The translations under genes and the position numbers were made by a program. Shown here in pieces: positions 56,825 to 64,000 of a DNA stretch of 64,000 nucleotides. The stretch is from Candidatus Saccharimonadia bacterium (lineage in GTDB: Bacteria > Patescibacteriota > Saccharimonadia > UBA4664 > JBIOIQ01). The DNA lies in NCBI GenBank assembly GCA_044449985.1, contig JBIOIQ010000001.1:280-64279 (forward strand). Direction: 5' to 3'. A model generated the notes under the pieces. The model did no database searches. It saw only the letters and a list, made by a program, of their open reading frames with translations, and had not been told where the DNA came from. Numbering within the stretch: position 1 is the first letter of the stretch; every line of letters starts with the position of its first letter.

Positions 56825-58342
56825 TTATTTTGCGAACTCGATGGCTCTAGTTTCGCGGATGACATTGACTTTTATAGTGCCCGGATATTTTAAGGTCGCT
56901 TCGATTTTAGTGGCCATGTCACGAGCGAGTTTTATGGCAGATAAGTCATCGACTTGCTCAGGCTCAACTATTATCCGGATCTCTCGTCCGGCTGAAATAG
57001 CATAGGCTTTGGTGATTCCCGGGAATGTCATAGCAATATTTTCAAGCTCGGTCATACGTTTGGCGTAGTTCTCGAGTGTGTCGCCCCTAGCACCCGGTCG
57101 ACCAGCTGACAAAGCGTCAACGACTCTGACAACCAAAGCTTCGACCGTGGTTGCTTCCATATCATCATGATGAGCTTCAGCCGCATGGGCAATTGCTTCA
57201 TCCATCCCGTATTTTCTGATAAGCATTCCAGAAATATGATGATGATTTCCTTCAATTTCATGGGTCATGGCTTTACCAATATCGTGCAAGAGCGCGGCAG
57301 TTTTACAAATTCTCACGTCAGCACCGAGCTCTGCTGCAATCATTCCGGCAAGATTTGCCATTTCTACCGAATGTTTTAATACATTTTGACTAAATGACGT
57401 TCGAAACTTTAGTTGACCAATTAATTGCACCAGTTCAGCAGGAATCCCGACTACCCCAACTTCCTTAACCGCTTGCTCGCCCGCCTCTTTCACCATTTTC
57501 TCGACTTCTTCTTGGGCTTTTTCGACGACTTCTTCGATTCTTGCCGGATGCACCCGACCGTCCGCAAGCAGTTTCTCAATCGCAACTCGAGCAATTTGAC
57601 GACGAACCGGATCAAAACTCGATAACACAATGACCCCTGGGGTATCATCAATTAAAACGTCAACTCCAGTTGCTCGCTCAATAGCTTGGATATTGCGCCC
57701 TTCTTTCCCGATGATACGACCCTTCATTTCATCACTTGGAATGGCAACTGTCGTAACAGTTCGTTCACTGGTCTGGTCCGAAGCTACTCTTTCCATGGCC
57801 GTGGCAACGATCCAGCGCGCCTGCTCATCAGCGGTTTCTTTTGCGTCGTCTTTGAGCTTATCGATTAAACCGACGAGATCGGTTTTAATATCTCGCTCGG
57901 TCATTTGCATCAATTTTTCTTTCGCTTCGTCGCGGGAAAGTTTGGCGATTTTCTCTAAATTTTCTTGCTGCTTTGTCCGAATAACTCGAATTTCATTTTT
58001 AAAATCTTCGAGTTCCGTCTCGCTTTTGCGCAAATTTTCACTGCGCTTATCCAGCTCTTCGAGTTTACGATCCAGGGTCGTTTCTCGAGAACTCAATCGA
58101 TTTTCAATTTCGCTGAGTTGCTTACGTCGCTCACTTTCTTCACGTTTAGATTCTTCGCTAGTTTTTAAAGCTTGGGTTTTCGCTTCTAATACGATTTCTT
58201 TAGCTTTAGATTCGGATTCCGACAAAATTTTGCTGGCTTTCGCATCGGCCGAATTGGTTTTTCGTTTACTAGCGTACGAACTGGCGCCAAAGCCAGTCCC
58301 GCCCCCGAGTACAAGAGCTAGGATTGCCACAACAGGAGTCAT
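56825..58342 (-). CDS. rny: Ribonuclease Y
   Basis: N-terminal TM, coiled coil, KH (KGRIIGKEGRNI), HD (ALLHDIGK). Confidence 0.97.
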   Translation of the reverse strand: MTPVVAILALVLGGGTGFGASSYASKRKTNSADAKASKILSESESKAKEIVLEAKTQALKTSEESKREESERRKQLSEIENRLSSRETTLDRKLEELDKRSENLRKSETELEDFKNEIRVIRTKQQENLEKIAKLSRDEAKEKLMQMTERDIKTDLVGLIDKLKDDAKETADEQARWIVATAMERVASDQTSERTVTTVAIPSDEMKGRIIGKEGRNIQAIERATGVDVLIDDTPGVIVLSSFDPVRRQIARVAIEKLLADGRVHPARIEEVVEKAQEEVEKMVKEAGEQAVKEVGVVGIPAELVQLIGQLKFRTSFSQNVLKHSVEMANLAGMIAAELGADVRICKTAALLHDIGKAMTHEIEGNHHHISGMLIRKYGMDEAIAHAAEAHHDDMEATTVEALVVRVVDALSAGRPGARGDTLENYAKRMTELENIAMTFPGITKAYAISAGREIRIIVEPEQVDDLSAIKLARDMATKIEATLKYPGTIKVNVIRETRAIEFAK

Positions 58343-58616
58343 AATCCCTACTTTCTTAGAGCCAGTGAGTACGAACGGCCGTACTTCCTGGCTTATTTGT
58401 TGGACCTAGCTGTGGTGCTAAAAAAATTGATCGTGCAGTTTGAATCTGAAAGATAAAAAATAAAAAGTTGGATAAACTACTTTATATGATCTGGAATTTC
58501 AGTAATACAGTTCGGTCAACAAAAATATTGGTTAAATTACAAAGTAGTTTAATTGTGCCTTAAAGCCGTCCAATCGTCAAGGAACGCGCATAGTGCAAAA
58601 TTCCAAAAATATCAGC

Positions 58617-58645
58617 TTGACCGATCGAGCGTAAACCTATACGAT
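58617..58645 (+). promoter_or_regulatory. Sigma70-type promoter for the Cys-rich small gene
   Basis: TTGACC-17 nt-TACGAT. Confidence 0.55.
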
Positions 58646-58710
58646 CGCAGTACCAACGCCGCGAAGATATTCCAACATATCCGGCCCGACTCAAAAAGCA
58701 GGTGATAGCT

Positions 58711-58923
58711 GTGGCTCAATGGCCACCGGCACTACACAATCTTCCAGTTTCGGAATGTCCAGATACACGGGTAAACGCGAACGGCTCACCGCAGTGTCAA
58801 AAATGTTTCGCGATTCTTCTACCCTGTCCGGTTGGACATCATTCGACTGCCAACTGTCGACACTGCGGAAGTCCTCCGACTGGGTATTACTGCCCGTCGC
58901 ACGGCGCATACTGGCAGCGCTAG
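58711..58923 (+). CDS. 70-aa Cys/His-rich putative zinc-binding protein
   Basis: AGGTGA RBS then GTG; CQKC, CPVGHH, CRHC, CPSH; flanked by promoter and terminator. Confidence 0.6.
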   Translation: MAQWPPALHNLPVSECPDTRVNANGSPQCQKCFAILLPCPVGHHSTANCRHCGSPPTGYYCPSHGAYWQR

Positions 58924-58955
58924 AGCCAAAAGATTCCGACAGAATCAATCCAGAT

Positions 58956-59006
58956 TGGGGCTTGGGTTTACTCGAAAAAGAGTAAGTCCAAGCCCCAGAA
59001 CTTTTT
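58956..59006 (+). terminator. Intrinsic terminator
   Basis: TGGGGCTTGG..TTACTC-GAAAAA-GAGTAA..CCAAGCCCCA then GAACTTTTT. Confidence 0.7.
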
Positions 59007-59037
59007 AATTTTCAAAAGCAGTCAGTATTCTATAAAA

Positions 59038-59463
59038 CTACTTTGGTTTGGTTATATTGGCTTCTGCTCCGTAGCTAGGAACCACTATGTCTTTAAAATC
59101 TAGATCTCTCAGCTGGCTAATTCCTAGTTCGAACCACTTCTCACTGCCGGTACCAATAATTGGGATATTGAGCGTGTAGGCACTGGTATTGGCAACTGTG
59201 ATACCAATGCGAAGACCGGTAAACGATCCCGGACCTTCAAATACAATGATGGCATTTAGATCTGACCAGGTTATTTCAGCGCGATTTAACAACGCCTCAA
59301 TCTTTGTCAGAATGCTATTTGATAATTGCCGGGCGGCCGTCCAAGAATAATCTTCAATAATTTTAATCTCCCCTGCTTCTCCGGTGATTTTTGCAAGTTT
59401 CAGCTCGGCCTCGGCAGTTTCGGAGCGGATCCCTAAAATGTAGCGAGACTTAGTGTTTGGCAT
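59038..59463 (-). CDS. tsaB: t6A biosynthesis protein TsaB (short form)
   Basis: GPGSFTGLRIGITVAN. Confidence 0.9.
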   Translation of the reverse strand: MPNTKSRYILGIRSETAEAELKLAKITGEAGEIKIIEDYSWTAARQLSNSILTKIEALLNRAEITWSDLNAIIVFEGPGSFTGLRIGITVANTSAYTLNIPIIGTGSEKWFELGISQLRDLDFKDIVVPSYGAEANITKPK

Positions 59464-59923
59464 GTTGCAGCCCTTGTATCACATAATCAAATCTCGTATC
59501 TAAAGACTCGACCGAAATCTCTCTGGTGTTGTCGCTGGTAGCGGTAATTTCAATCCGAATTCTTTTGGCTGGCATCGACTTACCGGCATGTCCAGCCCAT
59601 TCAACTGCAACAATGATAGTCGGATCCCCCACCACTTCCGCCAGCTCGACCGCGACAATGTCTGAAGAATCAAGTCGATAGAAGTCAAAATGATGGAGCT
59701 CTAAACCATCTCTAAGCTTATATATCCGCGAAATCGTAAACGTCGGTGAGGTAACTTCGCCTTTAAACCCAAGTCCTCTCGCGATCCCCTTCACTAGAAC
59801 TGTTTTTCCTCCACCTAAGTCACTCGCGAGCTCAATAGTTTCCCCGCCACGTAAAATTCTTCCAAATTGTTCGCCAAATTGAAGACTTTCGGACAGTGAG
59901 TGTGTCGTAAGTTCGTACTTCAC
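59450..59923 (-). CDS. tsaE: t6A biosynthesis ATPase TsaE
   Basis: SDLGGGKT, VTSPTF, HFDFYRL, VEWA. Confidence 0.93.
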   Translation of the reverse strand: MKYELTTHSLSESLQFGEQFGRILRGGETIELASDLGGGKTVLVKGIARGLGFKGEVTSPTFTISRIYKLRDGLELHHFDFYRLDSSDIVAVELAEVVGDPTIIVAVEWAGHAGKSMPAKRIRIEITATSDNTREISVESLDTRFDYVIQGLQHAKH

Positions 59924-60005
59924 ATCTTATATATATCACAGCTTGGGGATGTGCCCCACAAAATCGCTTCGCCTGAACTACGAATTTCAAGCTGTATGAA
60001 GTTGG

Positions 60006-60926
60006 TTAACTACTCAGCAAATGATCAAGCAAGGCCATTCGGACAAACAGACCATTAGCGGCTTGTTCGAAATATTTTGCTCGCGGATTCGTATCAACTT
60101 CGGGAAGTAGTTCTCCGACCCGCGGCAGGGGATGCATGATGATTGCACTTTTTTGGAGTGAGTTTGCAAGTTTACTGTCGACAATAAAATAATGCTTTAA
60201 AGTCTCATATTCGGCGGTGTCGGCAAAGCGTTCTTTTTGAACCCTGGTCACGTACAAGACATCGATGTCACGGCTAAGCCCGTCGAGACTATTTAGTTCG
60301 CGAAACTTAAGATTATGACTTGCGAGATAGTTTTTATACTGCTTTGGCAGTTGCAGTTTTGAGGGTGCAACTAGCTCAAAACTGATGTTTTTGTAAAGAC
60401 CGAGCAAATAAAGTAGTGAATGAATTGTTCGGCCGTTTAAAAGATCCCCGACAAGGGCAATTTTGAGGTTATTTACCTGCGGGAAATACTGCGAAATAGT
60501 ATAGACATCAAGTAGTGCCTGGGTGGGGTGCTCGCCCAATCCATCGCCGGCGTTTATTAGGGGTACAGTCGCGACTGTGGCAGCCCTTTCGGCTGATCCA
60601 GCTTCAGGATGCCGCAAGACAATCACATCACAATAGCTGCTGACTACGCGAATGGTATCTTCCAGCGATTCGCCTTTACTGACCGAGGAGAAGTGACCGG
60701 CAGCTTCCGTTGAGATGACATTGCCTCCCAGTCGCATCATCGCGGACTCGAACGAAAATCTTGTTCTGGTACTGGGCTCATAAAATAAGGTGGCGAGGAT
60801 CTTTCCCTCTGATCGGGAAACAAATTTGCCACTTTTAACTTGGTTAGTTAAAGCAAATAACGATTCCAAAATGGAGTGATCAAAGAACTGTTTGGTAGAT
60901 ATTACGTGGTATTTATCAGCTAGCAA
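60006..60926 (-). CDS. pyrB: Aspartate carbamoyltransferase catalytic subunit
   Basis: FYEPSTRTRFSFE, NAGDG..EHPTQALLD, TRVQKER, MHPLPR. Confidence 0.95.
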   Translation of the reverse strand: MLADKYHVISTKQFFDHSILESLFALTNQVKSGKFVSRSEGKILATLFYEPSTRTRFSFESAMMRLGGNVISTEAAGHFSSVSKGESLEDTIRVVSSYCDVIVLRHPEAGSAERAATVATVPLINAGDGLGEHPTQALLDVYTISQYFPQVNNLKIALVGDLLNGRTIHSLLYLLGLYKNISFELVAPSKLQLPKQYKNYLASHNLKFRELNSLDGLSRDIDVLYVTRVQKERFADTAEYETLKHYFIVDSKLANSLQKSAIIMHPLPRVGELLPEVDTNPRAKYFEQAANGLFVRMALLDHLLSS

Positions 60927-61002
60927 CGATGTTCCTTTTTAGCTCTACAGATTTAATTTTAACATAAGCTTGATTATCCTGGTTATGCTAAAATAGTGAT
61001 GT

Positions 61003-62985
61003 ATGCGCATTTCCGATAGTGAGCTAAAGAAATTATTAACTGACTCGAAAAAAGTCAAACCTGAAGATCTCGACGAAGCATTTAAGGCTCATGAGCAGAG
61101 TAAAGAGCCCCTGCTCGCGACGATCATTAAGCGTAAGTTGATTACGGAAAAGGATTTGACTGAGTTATACGCCAAGAGTATTGACGTGCCTTTTGCTGAG
61201 CTCTCCGGGATTAAAGTTCCCCACGAAATACTCTCAAAAATTCCGGAGCGTATTGCCAGAAAATATCAGGCGGTCCTTTTTGGTGCCGATGGCGATATTT
61301 TACAGCTGGCCATGGCTGATCCTGAAGATTTTCAGGCAGCTGATTTTATAGAGAAGCAGGTTGGTAAAAAAATTAAGATCTTTATCGCCACTCCCGGGGA
61401 CGTCCTAGGAGTTCTCGATCAGTTTTCAGGTAATCTCGACAGTGAGATCACCAAGGCTATTAAAGATTCCTCGAGCGGAGAAGAAGAAAAATCTCAAGAG
61501 GTCAGTGCCAAAGATCTGGCCGAAGATGCGCCAATTGCGAAAACCGTTAACGTCATCATTGAATATGCCATACGCTCACGCGCTTCAGATATTCATATCG
61601 AGCCTCGCGAAGGAATAGTGCAGATTCGTTATCGGATAGACGGGGTCTTGCGAGAATCCATGACCCTACCTAAACCAATTTTACCAGCGGTAATATCACG
61701 TATTAAAATCTTATCTAATCTAAAAATTGATGAACATAGAGTCCCGCAAGACGGTCGATTTAAGTTTACGCTCGGCAGTAAAGTGATTGCACTGCGGGTT
61801 TCAACCCTGCCAGTAATGGACGGCGAAAAAGTTGTAATGCGGCTGCTCGATGAATCAAGTCGGGCTTTAACGCTGGATGAACTCGGATTTGAGGGGCGCT
61901 CACTTGATGTTATTATGCGTAATTTGAAGAAACCTCATGGAATGACACTGGTGACAGGACCGACCGGATCCGGAAAAAGTACCACACTCTATAGCGTTCT
62001 TAATATGATCAATACTCCTGGCATAAATATATCCACGGTGGAAGATCCGGTCGAATATCGAATTCAGGGCGTAAATCAAACCCAAGTTAATCCAAAAACC
62101 GGTATGACTTTTGCCACTGGCTTAAGAGCCCTGCTGCGCCAAGATCCCAATGTCATCATGGTGGGTGAAATTCGAGACGGTGAAACCGCTGATTTAGGTG
62201 TCCAAGCGGCACTAACCGGCCATATTGTGCTATCAACGCTTCATACGAGCAACGCCGCCACCACCTTACCTCGACTGCTTGATATGGGCATTGAGCCGTT
62301 TTTAATTGCTTCAACCGTCAATACGGTTATCGGTCAACGGCTGGTGCGCAGATTATGCCAAACTTGTCGAATTCAATATGTACCCGACCCCAAAGAGATG
62401 GAAACACTGAGATCGGATTTTAAAGTTGATGAGGGCTTAAAACACTTTCGTGAAATGGGTAAGAATCAAGTTGCCCCACCTCCCCCTCCGCTCCCAGTCG
62501 CCCAAGAAGCCCCAAAAGATACCAAGAAAAAAACTGCTGCCGGAATGCGCGTAATCGAACCAACCCACGATATTGCGGTCGACAAATCAATTCTCGATAA
62601 AATCGCATCGGATCCGAATATTATTAATCGCACGGCAGCTGAAGCAAATAAAGCGAAGTTAGCGGCTGAAAACCCCCAACCAGCTCCGCCACCCGTACCC
62701 TCAAATGAAGAACATCAGCTTAAAGAGGGTGAGTTTCAGCTATTTAAAGCCGGTCCGGGCTGTCCGGATTGCGGACAAGCAAGTTATCAGGGTCGGATGG
62801 GTATTTACGAAGTACTGGAAGTGAATCAAGAAATTTCAAAAATGATTGTATCCCACGGCACTAGTGATGATATTCAAGACGCTGCAATCCGAGACGGAAT
62901 GTTAACTATGCTTCAAGATGGTTTTGTCAAAGCCTTAGCGGGTCTCACGACAGTTGAAGAGATCTTAAGAGTTACCAGTGAATAA
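61003..62985 (+). CDS. pilB: Type IV pilus/T2SS assembly ATPase (PilB/GspE)
   Basis: ASDIHIEP, TGPTGSGKSTT, LRQDPNVIMVGEIRD, TGHIVLSTLHT, CQTC...CPDC. Confidence 0.93.
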   Translation: MRISDSELKKLLTDSKKVKPEDLDEAFKAHEQSKEPLLATIIKRKLITEKDLTELYAKSIDVPFAELSGIKVPHEILSKIPERIARKYQAVLFGADGDILQLAMADPEDFQAADFIEKQVGKKIKIFIATPGDVLGVLDQFSGNLDSEITKAIKDSSSGEEEKSQEVSAKDLAEDAPIAKTVNVIIEYAIRSRASDIHIEPREGIVQIRYRIDGVLRESMTLPKPILPAVISRIKILSNLKIDEHRVPQDGRFKFTLGSKVIALRVSTLPVMDGEKVVMRLLDESSRALTLDELGFEGRSLDVIMRNLKKPHGMTLVTGPTGSGKSTTLYSVLNMINTPGINISTVEDPVEYRIQGVNQTQVNPKTGMTFATGLRALLRQDPNVIMVGEIRDGETADLGVQAALTGHIVLSTLHTSNAATTLPRLLDMGIEPFLIASTVNTVIGQRLVRRLCQTCRIQYVPDPKEMETLRSDFKVDEGLKHFREMGKNQVAPPPPPLPVAQEAPKDTKKKTAAGMRVIEPTHDIAVDKSILDKIASDPNIINRTAAEANKAKLAAENPQPAPPPVPSNEEHQLKEGEFQLFKAGPGCPDCGQASYQGRMGIYEVLEVNQEISKMIVSHGTSDDIQDAAIRDGMLTMLQDGFVKALAGLTTVEEILRVTSE

Positions 62986-63002
62986 GGAATAAGGTACGAT
63001 AG

Positions 63003-64000
63003 ATGGCAACATTTACTTATTCAGCCCGAGATAAATCCGGAAAAGTGACAAAGGGGAGTCTATTTGCGAAAGACCGCACCGCAGCATCAAGCAGTTTAAG
63101 TGAAAAAGGTCTCACTCCAATTGTAGTCATGGAATCCGTCGCTAAAGGATCGGGTGGTATCAAACTACCCTTTATAGGCAGCATAAGTCTCGAAGGGAAA
63201 GTCAGAACTCAAGATAAGGTCATTTTTTCTCGCCAATTTGCCACTATGATCAACGCTGGGGTACCGATCACAAAAGCTTTAGCAATTCTAAAAGATCAAA
63301 CTGAATCAAAAAAATTTCAAAATGCAATTTCCGATCTAACTTCACGGGTTGAGGGTGGATCGACTTTGGCCGCGGCTCTGGCTGAACATCAAGACATTTT
63401 TAATCCGGTCTATGTAAATATGGTTAAGGCTGGTGAAACCGGAGGAATTCTAGACGAGGTCCTTGATCGCTTAGCTGAGCAACAAGAAAAAGATGCGGAT
63501 ATTGTCGGAAAAGTCCGAGGGGCGATGATATACCCAGGAGTAATAACCACAGCTGCTCTCGGCGCATTCTTCTTCCTGATGATCGTAATCGTCCCTAAAT
63601 TAGGTGCAGTTTTTACGAGTTTAGGTACTCAACTTCCGATCTATACTCGAGTGCTTCTGGCGCTTTCCGGATTTGTCGTAAAATATGGCATCGAGCTGAT
63701 TGGTGGAATGGCTGCAGGTGTCGTCTTGCTCGCGCGCTATGTCAAAACCCCAAGAGGAAAAAGAGTCCTCGACACTATTATTATAAAATCTCCAATTATC
63801 GGACCAATTATCATCAAGGTTAATGTGGCACGATTTGCGCGTACTTTCGGTTCTTTAATGTCGTCTGGAATTGCCGTTTTAGACGCTCTCAATTCAACTT
63901 CGAGTGCAATTGGCAACACCATGTTTAAAGATGAGCTCAATAGAATAGCTAAAGAAGTGAAAAACGGTCGCTCAATTTCCGAGCAAATGCAGAAGTCAAA
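63003..64000 (+). CDS. pilC: Type IV pilus platform protein PilC/GspF (runs off the window end)
   Basis: MATFTYSARDKSGK..., FSRQFATMINAGVP, VEGGSTLA, MVKAGETGG, VRGAMIYP. Confidence 0.92.
   Translation, partial: MATFTYSARDKSGKVTKGSLFAKDRTAASSSLSEKGLTPIVVMESVAKGSGGIKLPFIGSISLEGKVRTQDKVIFSRQFATMINAGVPITKALAILKDQTESKKFQNAISDLTSRVEGGSTLAAALAEHQDIFNPVYVNMVKAGETGGILDEVLDRLAEQQEKDADIVGKVRGAMIYPGVITTAALGAFFFLMIVIVPKLGAVFTSLGTQLPIYTRVLLALSGFVVKYGIELIGGMAAGVVLLARYVKTPRGKRVLDTIIIKSPIIGPIIIKVNVARFARTFGSLMSSGIAVLDALNSTSSAIGNTMFKDELNRIAKEVKNGRSISEQMQKS

Noticed and set aside
57630-58409. 259-aa + strand ORF
   Set aside because: Antisense shadow of the rny coiled coil; Ser/Leu/Phe-rich mirror composition
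58691-58985. ORFs 58691-58948 (-) and 58719-58985 (+)
   Set aside because: They lack an SD or run into the terminator; the Cys-rich frame has all the expression signals

Overview
Gene-dense bacterial chromosomal window. Its gene content (eno/gpmA/D-LDH, murA/murB/alr, rny, HU, short tsaB, PilB/PilC, 7TM-GAF histidine kinases, many ABC exporters, dockerin-bearing secreted proteins) best fits a Patescibacteria/CPR, Saccharimonadia-like genome; this is inference, not a database result. It holds about 70 CDS and 7 tRNAs, with no rRNA, CRISPR, transposase or integrase. The most striking unexplained structure is at 17.0-21.8 kb, downstream of tRNA-Lys(CTT). There, one- or two-gene resistance/stress cassettes (MFS, Imm5-like, APH(2'')-like kinase plus DUF1801, membrane proteins) are separated by degenerate copies of a ~35-bp site: the tRNA 3' end fused to a conserved non-tRNA arm. 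This looks like an integron-like, tRNA-anchored cassette array. Other candidates: an N-acyl-synthase/exporter/sensor-kinase signalling locus, a three-site CRP-type regulon, two enzymes sharing a dockerin, an FNR plus MsrQ-like trans-membrane redox pair, a boxA-preceded structured RNA, widespread leaderless genes and several small ORFs missed or mis-framed by the ORF track. All family assignments come from motif recognition by eye.
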